A DNA stretch of 64,000 nucleotides from positions 34,243,681 through 34,307,680 of the forward strand of contig NC_068981.1 of assembly GCF_001194135.2 (NCBI RefSeq), given 5' to 3'. Under the pieces are notes generated by a model, which saw nothing but the letters and a program-made list of their open reading frames with translations, was not told the origin of the DNA and did no database searches. Made by a program: the position numbers and the translations under genes. Source of the stretch: Octopus bimaculoides (Eukaryota). Shown here piece by piece: positions 47,641 through 60,989 of the stretch (its first letter is position 1; every line of letters begins with the position of its first letter).

Positions 47641-48871
47641 TGAACGGTGCTCGGGTTAAATTTGATATTTTATGTATCTCAGGAACAGTTTGATGTATTA
47701 TTGAACAGTGAACGGCGCTAGAGTTTATTAAGAATAAAATTATAGTTGACATAGAAGACCTGAAGCCATCTGAATATGGGAAGAGTTATATGTATCATGA
47801 TTATTCGCGCTGGGGTATCAAAATGCCGACATCATGACTACTGCTCAATGCTCTGTGAATACTGTAAAAGCTGTAAGACGTGACATGGAGAGCTGCAACG
47901 GAGACCACGAAGCTGTGACAAGCAGGAAGGGACACAACAGGTGTTTAGAGGGAAGCTGGTATCCAGCAACTGCAGGACAACATGATGGAATATCCGAGCA
48001 ATGGACTCCGAACTTTGGGAAGAGAGATGGTTGTTGAAATCGCAAGCATGAAGCTGGCTCTCAATGAGTGCCTTCGCTACAACTCGCACAAGAGGCGCAA
48101 CGAATAAATTCTGACGGTCAAAGCTAAGAAGAACCGCTTGACGAAAGCAAAGAAGCTCTTGAACAAGCTGAAGCATCCTGTTGAGCCGGGGATGATCTGG
48201 TTCTTCTCAGATGAAAAGAACTTCTACGAGGACCAGTTGCACAACACCTACAACAAGTGGCTTGCCTACAATCCATTTGATGTCCAATGTATTGTAAACC
48301 ATGATGGTATCTGGGTGTGCCACCAGTGAGAACGACGTCACACCGTCCTCACATCCTTGTACAGGTTCTTAGACTCAGACGTCTATGTGAAATTACTGGA
48401 AACTCTGGTCAAACCCTGGCTGGAGAGGCTATGTGTGTTGCTGCTGGAAGGTCATATGTATTGCAGCAAGATTCGGCTTCTTGTTATACTTCTGGAAAGT
48501 GTCAGAAGTGGTTGTCAGAGAATTCCATATGACTTCACCAAACCCAATTTCTGGCCTCTTTATTTCCCTGATTCCCTGTCTAGGGGGCGGTTAAGAAAGA
48601 CACCAACCTCTCTGCCTGCAACACCAAGGCCAATCTGGTGGCCAAGATCAATGAGGTGTTCGAAGATCTTCCCAGGGACACAGTGAGGAAAGCTTGTGTC
48701 AGGTTCCGGAGCCATCTTGAGGCCTCGGGAGAAGCTGAGATCGGCTATTTTGAGTAAACTGTTGTCTCCCAGTCATAATCTGGTTGATATTTTTGATTAA
48801 AACACTTTATCTTTGGATGTTATTGTGTTTTCTTTGATGCTAACTGTCAAATTTATCGCGAACACACTGTA
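47641..48871 (+). mobile_element. Near full-length decayed maT (DD37D) transposon
   Basis: KKLLNKLKHPVEPGMIWFFSDEKNF (first D), VLQQDSASCYTSGKCQKWLSEN (second D); right TIR ctgtcaaatttatcgcgaacacactgta; degenerate left TIR aacggtgctcgggttaaatttgata; TA flanks. Confidence 0.85.
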
Positions 48872-48974
48872 TATATAAATGTATATATATATATGTACAC
48901 GCACATACACACACACACACATACACACACAACTACCCCAAAAGCATACTCTCCACTCCAATTATGAAGAAAAG

Positions 48975-49400
48975 AGAGGATGAAACCGATAAACTGTCCA
49001 GTCTGTCTACCCTATGTGAAAGGCCTCTCCGAAAACATACAAAAGATATGCGGCCCATATGACATCAGGGCAGTATTCAAAAGTAATACAACACTTCGCA
49101 AATATATCCTTCGAATAAAACCACTAACAGAAGAGAATATGACCAAAATCTGTGTGTACTCCATCCCATGCAGCTGTGGTTAACCCCAAGATTCCGAGTT
49201 CGATTCCAGGCAGTGACCTGAACAATAATGATAATAACATCGAAAATGAGAACCCAGATTCGAAATTTCCCGAAGATACCGGATGAAGGCTGGAGGGTAT
49301 ATGAGCCGAAACGTTGTGGTAACAACAAACAATATGAGGACAAATATCCGTCAAATGTAAATAATGTACATTATTCCTCATCTCTTAAATATAGAACTCA
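48975..49400 (+). mobile_element. Penelope-like element: linker and GIY-YIG start joined to a terminal repeat with a mutated hammerhead (49277-49318)
   Basis: VCLPYVKGLSENIQKICGPYDIRAVFKS..CVYSIPCSCG; uac CGGAUGA a ggcu..agcc GAAAC GU U gug. Confidence 0.8.
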
Positions 49401-49827
49401 TAACATTAAAGTTCTTGTTAAATCTCGGTCTTAACATCCCCCTTTCACCTTTCTTAAGCTCTCTATGCACCCAGCAGTATTTTCACATTACAAAAGCTGT
49501 ACTGTATACAGACAGCCACTTTAATCAACTCTAACTCCACTCCGAGTGACAGATAATCAATTTATTACCAGACACATCGATCCGAATGACAGCCACTGCT
49601 TTCAGTAAGATTTTCCTCAACCTAGCTGCAGTTATTGCAGTTACCAGATTGGCTTCCAAACTGAATCGTAATATCTTTTATGCAATCACTTTATCGATCC
49701 TTTTTCATTGATTTTGTAATATTTCTTTTCCCCGATAGAAAATCAGAACCCGATATTATACACCGATTAACTCAAAAGGCCCGAGTTCCATCACAGTCCT
49801 AGTCACTCTTTTATTGTTTAATGTGGT

Positions 49828-49881
49828 AATAGTAGTAGCAGCATCAGCAGCAGTATACGTAGTAGTAGTAGTACTGATAGA

Positions 49882-49916
<35 letters not shown>

Positions 49917-49947
49917 TAGTAATTGTAGTAGTGATAGAAGAAGAAGC

Positions 49948-49996
<49 letters not shown>

Positions 49997-50026
49997 ATTG
50001 TAGTAGTGATAGAAGCAGCAGCAGCT

Positions 50027-50058
<32 letters not shown>

Positions 50059-50095
50059 TACTGTTGTTGTTGTTGTTGTTGTTGTCGAGGCTGTC
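49828..50095 (+). repeat. Compound (GTA)/(GCA)/(GTT) trinucleotide repeat
   Basis: Direct reading. Confidence 0.95.
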
Positions 50096-50323
50096 GTTGC
50101 AGAGTAAGCAATCTTATATCAGATTTGTTGCTAGGGAGAGAGGATGTAGAACTTTACTGCTTTGGTCAAAACGTTTCAGGCTGGTTATTTGATAATGCCT
50201 TCTTGTGGTGTCGGACATCGTAAAGGAAGAAAACCAGTTAATATATCATTCTTTCTATTCATGACAAGGTATACTCTTTCACGATACAGGATTCCCCGCG
50301 AAGGGTAATAGGAAGACTTTATA

Positions 50324-50756
50324 AAGGCGGCGAGCTGGCAGAAACGTTAGCACGCCGGGCGAAATACTTAGCGGTATTTCGTCTGCCGCTACGTTCTGAG
50401 TTCAAATTCCGCCGAGGTCGACTTTGCCTTTCATCCTTTCGGGGTCGATTAAACAAGTACCAGTTACGCACTAGGGGTCGATGTAATCAACTTAATCCCT
50501 TTGTCTGTCCTTGTTTGTCCTCTCTATGTTTAGCCCCTTGTGGGCAATAAAGAAATAAGAAACGTTAGCACGCCGAGCGAAATGCTTAGTGGTATTTCGT
50601 CTGTCTTTACGTTCTGGGTTCAAATTCCGCTGAGGTCGACTTTGCTGTCATCCTTTCCTGGATCGATAAATTAAGTACCAGTTGCGTACTGGGGTCGATC
50701 TAATCCACTGCCCTCCCTACCCCAAAATTTCGGACCTTGTGCCTAGAGTAGAAAAG
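50324..50756 (+). mobile_element. Dimeric Nin-SINE family C with 17-bp TSD
   Basis: Two gaaacgttagcacgcc..gtcgactttg units; TSD aataggaagactttata 50307-50323 / aataggaagtctttata 50757-50773. Confidence 0.93.
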
Positions 50757-51394
50757 AATAGGAAGTCTTTATAATTGTTCTAATTGATTAGTTAGCGGAG
50801 AAAGGGAAGCACTCGTGACTTTTTTAAGGCTTCATAGAGTGTTGGAAAGAAGTGGGGAAGGAAGCGAGGAAGTTGTCATCTGGTCGGAAAAAACCTGTCT
50901 CGAATGTGTGCAGAAGAGTAGAGTTAACTAATGGTACCCCATGGCTAGGTGATGATGTTAAACGGGTGACGTATTAGTTGTGCCACCGCAAAAATAAGAA
51001 TAATAACTTCTGGCGGGAATTCGCATAGGTTCCGTCAACTAAATTTCACTCAGAGGGGTTTGGTCGAGTCGGAGTTATGGTAAGATCTCTGACTGCACAA
51101 TGAGATCGAACACGAAACCACATAGTTTCGAAACGAATTTCATAACCATGAAGCCATACTTTCGCACAAGATTTTATTTGTTTACTATGTGGCTCTCTTA
51201 GGTTTTCCAAAATCGATAAAGAAAACAGTGAAAAAACTATAGCCATCATTCACAAACAAATGCCACCTGCTGGCATATATCACACGTTCATTGTTTTAGA
51301 TGCCTAAGAGGTTGCCAGCAGATGCATTCAACCTTTCGCCTCCTACCTACTTTTGATTTAGTGGAACAATGAAAATGTAACGACTGCAAAGAAA

Positions 51395-51525
51395 GACGGC
51401 TGCACCAGCTCTTGTTTGATACTCATTTCAGCTGAGTGGACTGGAATAACGTAGAAGGAAGAGCCTTACTCAAGGATACAACGCATGACATGGTCCTGGA
51501 GTCGAACCCACGACATTATCATCGT
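51395..51525 (-). mobile_element. CORE-like SINE fragment related to family D
   Basis: Reverse complement gtgggttcgactccagg..gtatccttgagtaaggc..ccagtccactcagctgaaatgagta. Confidence 0.6.
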
Positions 51526-52124
51526 GAAATTTTCGAAGTATTGGCGTGTAATTCATTCAATAATATTTCTCCATTTTGACTCGATTAATTTTTCCATATT
51601 ACAGTTTTTTTTTTTTGTGTCTCGACATTAATTTTCGTGTTTCACAGCTTCGTTATCTCAGTAACATTTCTACATTGTTTAACATGTTTTTCTTTATTTC
51701 TGTTTCATTTTTTTTTCTTACTATACAATTCAATCTTCCGCATTAAATTAATAAATTCAAATTTTCTTATTAAACTGAATTTCTTTTAAACTATCCCATA
51801 CATCCAATGATAAAAATAAAAAACAAATGAAAATGCTAAAGTTGGATAAATAAAAAGATGCGACGAAGATTAAATTTCAGATAAGTGCTGACATTAAAAT
51901 TCTAAATAAAATGTCTATGAAGAATCAACAATCAAAGTTACATCATTTAATAAGATGATATTGATTTCAGTTATCTAGACACTTCGATTGCATTAGAAGA
52001 AAAAACATGTAGTTAAAGAAAAATGAGTTTATAGTGAAGGTAGATTTCTCAAGCAACAGCTGTTTATTACAAACTTGGAAGAAAGACGAAAGCAAAAGTC
52101 CACATGTACTTTAACGGTTTCTGG

Positions 52125-52330
52125 TTTAGGCACAAGGCTAGATGTTTTAAGGTGAGGAGGTTAGGCATCATTGACTCCATTATTTGGTTGATATTTTATG
52201 TTATCAACTCCAGAGGGATGAAAGACAAAGTTCACCTGTGCGGGATTTGATCTTAGACTATAAAGAATCGGAAGAAATGCGACAGGGTACTTTTTCCGAC
52301 GCTCTAATGTCTCTGCCAGCTCACCACCTT
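52125..52330 (-). mobile_element. Old Nin-SINE family C
   Basis: aaggtggtgagctggcagagac...ctttgtctttcatccctctggagttgataac. Confidence 0.7.
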
Positions 52331-52397
52331 TGCATGTATTTATATTGGTTTCAAATTTTGGCACAAGGCCAGCAATTTGGGCTTATTGTAAGCCAGT

Positions 52398-52442
<45 letters not shown>

Positions 52443-54255
52443 GAGAGGGGGAGAGAGAAAGAGAAAGAGAAATAGTACTGCAACCATGAGATATAGCTTT
52501 ATTTAGAACAGACAGCCAGCGAGCAAAGAACACCATCCGGTCCGTTGTCATAGACTAAAAAATATCAGTTATTCAAGCATGTAGAACCCCATGGTGAACA
52601 TTTATCTCTATTACATTACTACCTTAGACAATAATTACAATATATTTGATACGGTTTATTGAAGAACCATATATACTTATTACAGAGGACGAAAATAGGT
52701 TGTTGTGACTTGCATTGTTTTTCTGTAAAAAGAACAACAATCATGGGAGGAAGTGGATGGAAAATGCTTTTATCCACAAATCGGAATAGGGTCACATATT
52801 TCAATCGTTTGAAGATGACCTGTGTGCACTGCTACTATTATAATAATTATTGCTGCATAATTAATTTCAAATTAAAACAATCTGATTGTAATTAAAGGAA
52901 ATTAATTTGATTACGAACAATATTTGATTCATTCTTTTGGAGTTATTTTCTCAGAGAGAGAGAGAGAGATAGATAGATAGATAGATATGCAAGTATGTAT
53001 GTATACACACATACACAAGCAAACACACACACGTAAACGCACGCACGCACACATACATATATAAGGAGTAAGATATATTCGAGTAAAGAAAATATTTATA
53101 AGCAGCCATTTTGGAATGGAAAGGCTTGAGTCAGAAATGAAAACTAACATGCAAGCTCATTTAATCGGAAATTTACCCATATGTATTATCAGCACAACCT
53201 TATATCTAATTAGCAAACTAACACTTAACAAACTAAGATTATTAAGCTTAAGAATATCAAACTAATAAAACAATTGTAAATGGAGAAACGAATTACAAAC
53301 CATACATCACAACATCTGTGGTTTAGTTTCGATTCTTGACTGTATCACATCTTTATATACAATGATGATTATTTTGATCTAGGCATGAACATCACACAAT
53401 TTCGAACCCTACGAATCCAAGTTCTATTTTCTATACAACATATCAATATAGTTCTAGGTTGGCTTTATCTTATAGTCTTCGCTTACCTCGAAAAACGGAA
53501 TCAAAGTATGTTTTAAGTAAATTACCGCAGTTTCACAGTTTCCGTATTATTTGTTTTGCTAAAGCAGAATAAGTCATCTGAAGTCATTTGAAGTCCAATC
53601 TAGCGACTGAGATAGGTGAAGTATAAGAATAACTACAACAGCAAAAGTAATTAAATAAACTGCTCCATTTTACTCAATTTGAAATCACTCAGAGACAGCT
53701 GGCTTCCCAATTCTAATCACATCCATATCTGATTCGATATAGTGTTGATAGATAATCACAAGTACTAAAAATACATCACGTCTTGGTTGAAACTATACAG
53801 AGACAAGGGTGCAGTACATGTGGTTTATCGTCTTTCACTTTTGTTTCTGTCTTTGTTATTTATTTATTTTTTTATTAATCTCTAATTTTATTTTATTTCC
53901 TCCTCGACCATTTCGATTTGTTTTATTTTATCTCAAGCATCTTTCTATTTTTCTATCATGTTTACTAATTCCTTTATGCATACTAGAATAACGGTAATCT
54001 TTTGTAACTTTATTCAGATGGCATGGCTTCATTAGCAATTAAAACCGTGTGGACCATAGTATTTCACTGGTATTTGTTCTATCCTCTAGCTTCCTCAGAA
54101 GAATGAAAGAAAGTCAACCTTGGTTAAATTCGAATGTAGAACATCAATAGACGGAAGTATATACTGCATTGCGTGTTACTCAGTGCAATACCGATTCCGC
54201 CACATCCATAACCTTCACATAATACAGGCAATATCCAGATAATAAGTCAAGTGTG

Positions 54256-54418
54256 GGTGCTGCAAAGCTGTGATAAATTATTGAGAACCCAATTTACAAT
54301 GCATATTCAATTTCAGTTCAGCCCAGCCCACATCATTTCGCTATATGTGAGTTGAACAAAAATTGAACAATGCGTTGCACATCGCGCTCTCTATAACATA
54401 TCACAGCTTTGCAACACC
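54256..54418. mobile_element. MITE-like element, 163 bp, 20-bp TIRs
   Basis: ggtgctgcaaagctgtgata / tatcacagctttgcaacacc (1 mismatch); no clear TSD. Confidence 0.65.
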
Positions 54419-55187
54419 AACAGTGTGATGGTTAATAAATTTTAAAAGCCAATCCTGCCTTCCACTAAACACGCTACAAGATGGCAGTGCAGTATTGAAC
54501 CAAAAGCACTTTATGGTCGTGATAAAATTAGTAGAGCGCCGACCAAAATGCATTATTGTATTTAGTTGAGTCTCTTAGCGTTCTGACTTCATATACCGGA
54601 GAGGTAGACGTTGCTTTTCAATGTTGTGAGTTCGATAGACTAAGTACTAATGATTTACTTGAGTAGTGATAATTGATTGAACTATCCACCAACAAGTGTA
54701 GTCGTGTATCTGCATTAGAAATCAATTTAACCAGGGGAAGTTCTATCAATGTTGTGGAAACTGCCCATTTTCTTCTCTTTAACCAGCTTTTAAAAGCATA
54801 ACAGAATTAACTGAACAAAAATAGTTGGATAACAACATCTAAGATATTCAATATTAATAAATAACTAATGTGTTAACAATGTTTTGCTTTAATGTTATGC
54901 TGTAACTACAGAATGTCTCTATAGATTTTTGAATCACTACTTGTAATAAACAAATGTGAACGCCTTGTATTTTATATACAGTGTCTTTGTGGACAAAAAA
55001 GAAGGGTCAGCCAATTTAGTTTCGATCGCTACATGGTGGGGGTTAAAGTCTTCGCTGTATATTTTTTGTTTATTAGGCATTTCGTTGGTATCTCGGATTG
55101 CAAAAGGATAATCTTCGAATTGCGATATGATTTAACGGTCGTGAGTCAATAAGAGTCACACTTCGTGTTCATATTATCAATAGCCTT

Positions 55188-55639
55188 AAGGCGGTGAGCT
55201 GGCAAAATCGTTAACACGTTAGGTAAAATTCTTAGCAGCATTTCGTTCGTCTTTACGTTCTGAGTTCAAATTCTGCCGAGGTCGACTTTACATTTCATCC
55301 TTTCGGGGTCGATAAAATAAATACCAGTTGATCACTGGGGTCGATGAAATCAATTTACCCCCTTTTCCGAAATTGCTGGCCTTGTGCAAAAATGTGAAAC
55401 TAATATCATCAATATCCTTTGTAAGTCGGTGAGATGACAGAATCGTTAGCACGCTGGGCAAGATGCTTAGCGGTATTTCGTTCGTCTTTACGTTCTGAGT
55501 TCAAATTCCGCCGAGGTCGACAAATTCAGCCTTTTTGGGTCGATAAAATAAGTACCAGCTGAACACTGCGGTCAATGGAATCGATTGGGCTCCGCCCCAC
55601 CCACGAAATTTGTTGGTCTTGTGCCAAAATTTGAAGCCA
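55188..55639 (+). mobile_element. Two head-to-tail Nin-SINE family C copies (55188-55402, 55423-55639)
   Basis: Each starts aag(g/t)cggtgag; separated and flanked by at..atcaata(g/t)cct. Confidence 0.87.
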
Positions 55640-55659
55640 ATTTTATCAATATCCTCAGT

Positions 55660-57640
55660 TTTACCGGAGACATACTCAGGAACAATCTTTTACTGTGTTG
55701 CTTTTGGAGTGTTGCTTTTCCAAGCCTTTGTTGAAGTACGCTGGTTCAGTAAATCTAGTATCACTTGAGAAGCCATTGAGAAATAAGTACTTCTTCAAGA
55801 AGTATTTACTTCACTATTGTCCCATTTGATTTTGTTCTTTTCAATTTTGTGCACTTGGTTGATGTATTTATTTTTGCTGTCGTTGATATTTGGTGATACC
55901 ATACGGCACTCAAAAATTTTCTGCGTTAATCTTAAGTCTCTGCTTTCATTTTTTCCTTCTGAAATAGTCTTGGCCTGTATCACTGTTTTTGTGAAAGCTG
56001 CTATTTGATGTCAAAGTCTATTAAGCATATTTCCCGTAAATCAGTCAAGTTTTGCAGTTGTTGTATCGGTACTGATACTACAAATGCATTTTGGGATATT
56101 GTCTTGAAAAACAAAAACGCTGGTTGTCATATTTATCAAGTCCATCACAATATTCTTTCGTTAATCTATCTTCGTTCACAGCATCTGTATATAATAAATT
56201 TTGATCAATTCTTAAGCATCTATAAGCACTCATTGTGTGGCCCAGAAAATATAGACTGACTGGTTTGGAAAGTAGTTTTTCCACGTTCTACTGGATATAG
56301 TTGACTTGGCCATATTCCATCCTCATAACAGTTGAAAATGTTATTAAATTCAGAAGTTTCCTAGTATTGTAAATATTTCTAATTTAGCTCTGCTCGTCCA
56401 CAAAGAAATTGTGAGTAACTTTATTATCTCTTTCTGTTGTAAGCCCTAACGTATGACCACTGGATTTTTATAAAAGAAACAACAGTGGATTTAATGCCAT
56501 TCAATTATGCAACTTTCCCTTTGCTTTGGTGAAGCTAAACAGCACAGATATATTCAATTCCTGGAATATTCCCTTTGAAAGATGTATATATAACATAGAA
56601 GATAATAGTTTCTCTTCAGCTACAAATGTGAGGATTATTGACCAGGTGTGTATAAGCCCTTCAATGGCAACAACTAAGATTCTTTTGCCAGGTGCATTGA
56701 GCTATCATCAAGAAAAGAATCTATAAGAAAGCGATACAGTTACAAAGTTTCGACGACGTTTCCTTACTTCAGATACTTTATTGACCAAACTTATTCTTCA
56801 GATCCCAACTTTACTATTCTTTCCATCTGCCTTTTTCAACAGCCATCAACTATTGTTATACTAGCAACAGACATGGACGAATTTGTAACGAGTTGCGTAC
56901 ATTTTGTACATAATGTTTAGATAAGCAATGAGTCTACAATTTTCTGTCAAGTTTCCATTCTTGGTTACAAGGCTTTTCTGTGTTATAGCAAGCTAATTTG
57001 GTATATTCATCTGAGCTTCCATAGTCCTTTTAAATATATACATATAAATGGACATAACATCTTGTATCAATATCCAGCTATTATGTATCCAGTTATTATG
57101 TCTCTCTCTCTGGTGCCATTCAATTATGCAACTTTCCCATAATTTTGGTCTCAAAATTGATTTTGTAAGTTTTACTACTGATGTTAGTATAATATTCTTT
57201 TTTAATTGCATCTCTCCCTAACTCAGACTATAAAAATCCTTTTACCGAAAGAATTTGAGATTTTCTTGATAAGGGACTGTTTCTACAAAGATTTTGTTTT
57301 TATTCATTTTCCAGAGTACATCTCACGAATTAGAAACAAACTTATGGCTAATGCCGCTTCTTTATAGTATCTTTTCTACTGGTATTGAGGTTTAATATTA
57401 TCAATTTCCTTTCAAATCTTCAATGTGAAGAATCTCCATACAATTTCATTGATAATTTCATAAGATGCAGTTGGTGAGGTGTGAACCTATTATTCACCTT
57501 ACACCTTAAGATGGTAGCTAAATGTCCGGTTTTGCGATGCAGATTGTTGATGCTTCCTTTTAGTTTTGTTATTCATCTGGGTTGTTGATGGTGAATTGCT
57601 TCACTACTTCGCGCACTGCAGATATCCTCGTGATGTTCTT
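55660..57640 (-). mobile_element. Old RT-containing body of an R4-like RLE retrotransposon
   Basis: CRLIAYLNIMYKMY (cf. YRPIACLN), EVRKRRRNFVTV, GIFQE (cf. GIFQGD), THNFFVDE (catalytic FVDD), RLTKEY, FHKNSD, IFECRMVS; many stops. Confidence 0.75.
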
Positions 57641-58379
57641 GTAGAATAACATCAGTTATATACAAACACATATTGATAAACTAAAATGTGCCACTACGTA
57701 TTTCATATAGTCCCATTGTCAATAATTCTAAGATAAAAGTTGATAGGCTTTTCTTCCCCCATCTCGTCAAAAATGGCCTACTATTTAATCATAGTTTAGA
57801 GAAATTGGAAAAATTATTTGGACACTGCGTTTTAAGCTCTGTATATTCTACCGCCTCTGGGTTGAGTTATGTTACGCTATGTATGTATGTATGTATGTAT
57901 GTATGTATGCATGCATGTCTGCGCGAATGTGCTTATACATACTATGTATATGCAGGTATGTATATCATTGCGTAAGTGAATCGTTGATTTGATTTACGAC
58001 TGTGTATATTTACACATGTTTGTTTTTCCCCATACCTATATAGTTATACATTTTACAAGATAAACGTTGGAATATATGTTATATATTCTTACAATTCAAT
58101 TCAAGATTTGTAACTGTAATTTTCTAATTAGTATGTATGTATATACAAGTAAATAGGACTTTTACTTTGGTAGATATTGTTATATTTCAATAAAAAAAGT
58201 GAAAATGTCTCAGCAGATAACAAGGATAACCACTTTTATCAAAATGAGTGAAGCAGAATTGGAAACGCAAACAAAAGAAAGAATAGTTTCAAGCTGTTTT
58301 ACCTTTTTACTGGTTCTTACCATACAGCATTGGCCATGCTAGTGCACTGTCTCCATAAACTAGAAACAAATACACGTGA

Positions 58380-58560
58380 AAAATATAAAATAAGCTCCAG
58401 AAACAAATTGGCAGACTAAACTTCCGCTGATGACGGTTGAGAAAACTCATAAACGTTCGGAATTACTTCCCTTGCTTGTCAACTTGAAAATAACTAGCTC
58501 ATCGCTTGCCTTATTTTCTTATAAACTCTTATGGCTGTTTCTACTGTTGATTGTACAACG
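58380..58560 (+). mobile_element. PLE-type terminal fragment with a damaged hammerhead (58422-58462)
   Basis: uuccg CUGAUGA cggu ugag-aaaa-cuca U AAAC GU U cggaa; G12 missing. Confidence 0.55.
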
Positions 58561-58656
58561 AAGAACATATATATACAAAGTATTTTAACATATATATATA
58601 AAGTATTTTAATAATACAAATCGATAGATTCATACGAACATACGTGTGACATCGCG

Positions 58657-58699
<43 letters not shown>

Positions 58700-58771
58700 A
58701 TATANNNNNNNNNNGCGCATGCACACATATTTACAAACACAACACGTGCGCATACACAAATACAAAGAGCT

Positions 58772-58839
<68 letters not shown>

Positions 58840-60079
58840 CAAGCAGACAAATAGGTAAATAGATACATAGGAAGAGAGAGAGAGAGCGTGGTGGGGATAA
58901 AGTAAAGGAGACAAAGCCACAAACTGACAAATAAATAGACGATCTGATAGAAGATGGAAACGAGAGGAAGTGGGACTTATATGGTTCTCCAGATGACTAG
59001 ACTACCGCCAGCTGGGGGTCGGCATTCCATTTTGGAGATAAAAAGACAGCAGCAAGCAAAGAAATTGAATCTGGGATGTATCATCACAGGTTTTTCGACT
59101 GCTGACTGATTCCTCACTCACATTACCCACCTTACTCACTTAACTAACTAACTAGCAAGCAAACAACCAAGCAAGCGAGCAAGCAAGCAAGCAAGCAATG
59201 ATAGAAGGTTAGGGTGTTTTCCAGGTGTGAGAAATAAGGCTGCTTAAAAAAAAACCTATCTTGTTTACCTGTTAAATGTGAAACGCCGAGACCCCTCTCA
59301 TCCACCACCCGAAATATTTCCTCTCCGCCCCCTCTCTCTTTCTTTCTATCTCTCACTTTCTTCTTCCTCTTCTTTCTTTTCTTCCACCTCACTCCCCCTT
59401 CTCCCTACCTTTCTCCCTTTTTCTTTTTTTTCTTTCTTCCTTCCGCCTCTTCTCCCCCCCCCCATCATCTTTTACTATGCAAAGTTCTAACATGGCATTC
59501 GTTATCTTCTGCAACGGTATCAACAAGAAATTCTTCTTAAGGCGCCAAGTCTGAAATCGTTGCTAAATCTGTTGCAATTAGACAGACGCTGCACTATTAG
59601 ATCATTTTTGTTTATTCGTTTGCTCGTTTATTTATTTGTTTTATTTATGTATTAAAAATATCTTTTTTTCTTAATTCCATATCGGAAAGTAATAGAGAAG
59701 CCCTTATATTGACGCACCATTATTTATAGTCCAATAGAAAATTCTTCTAAATCTGGGAATAAAAACATCTAATTGTTTAAATGTACGTAGGCGTATGTAT
59801 ATAAACATAGATCCATACACACACGCGCACACACACAAACACAGTCGCGCACACACATACAAATATATATATATATATATATATAGTAAAATATGATTTC
59901 ATTTGGTTTGCAAATGTACGTTCATATATATATATATATGTATGTATGTGTACACACACACACACATATATCTATACACATGCACATACACAAACACATA
60001 TATTTCTATACACATGCACACACACATACATATATATATAAAGAGAGGAGGAGAGAAAACGGGAGCGAGAGAGAAAGAG

Positions 60080-60127
60080 AGAGATGAGAGGAGGAGAAGG
60101 ATAATGATGATAATGATAATGATGATA

Positions 60128-60179
<52 letters not shown>

Positions 60180-60215
60180 CAATGATGATGACGATGATGA
60201 CGATAATCGTGTAAT
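60080..60215 (+). repeat. (GAT)n/(GATAAT)n microsatellite
   Basis: Direct reading. Confidence 0.95.
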
Positions 60216-60379
60216 GACATGCATAAAATTCCTTCACAAATGAAATTGCATTCTATTCTACTGAAAAGTTTTAAGTAATTTTCTTTTCTTTTCCTTTTTT
60301 ATTTATTTATTTATTTCACTCAGGTGTTATCCTGTTGTCTAAACTCAATCAAGATACACCCGTGATGAAAGTCAGACGC

Positions 60380-60560
60380 TGCTTCCAGAGTTAGAGATCT
60401 CGAAATCATAATCCAATAGAGAACTGACTACCTGTCACCTTCGGCACCACAATGACAAAATCGTTACATACAGCAAGGAAATAACTTTGAACTACACGTC
60501 TCACTACCGAAGGGAAACATAATTAAATCCCTCGAAGTCTCTGATTATCCTAAACCTAAC
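60380..60560 (+). mobile_element. CR1/Jockey-type RT C-terminal fragment
   Basis: SRVRDLEII..IIKSLEVSDYPKPNY resembles VRDLGI..PKLEY. Confidence 0.45.
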
Positions 60561-60989
60561 TATTTCTCTCTTCCCTCTCTCTTGCAATAGTCTAAGAAAA
60601 GTTCAGTTATGTTGGATCCGTTAATCCGTTATGTATAATCCTACATAACTAGGCGTTTGTTAGACTGTTCTGTTCTGAAGATAGGACTTTGAGCCCGAAA
60701 TATATTAAGGTTTTATTAAACTTTTCACATTATCAAAAGCTATCTATTCTCTCTCTTCTCACACACAGACACAGGCAGACACATACACACACACACACAT
60801 ACACATACGCACACACATGAGGCATCTTCGAATATTCCTAAAAAGATGTCCCATTAACAGTTATTCACACACACACATACACACGATGGGCCGGCAAAAA
60901 GTTTCTCTCTACAAATTCACTCACAAGGCTTTGGTTTGGCTGGGGCAATAGTAGAAGATACTTGCCCAAGGTACTGCGCAAAAGAACTG

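Noticed and set aside
49814-50107. Val/Ala-rich 97-aa ORF resembling a membrane protein
   Set aside because: Pure GTA/GCA/GTT microsatellite
58995-59290. Short plus ORF MTRLPPAGGRHS... and a minus-strand cag|gtaaac site at 59268/59269
   Set aside because: Splice signals are weak and there is no homology; compatible with chance
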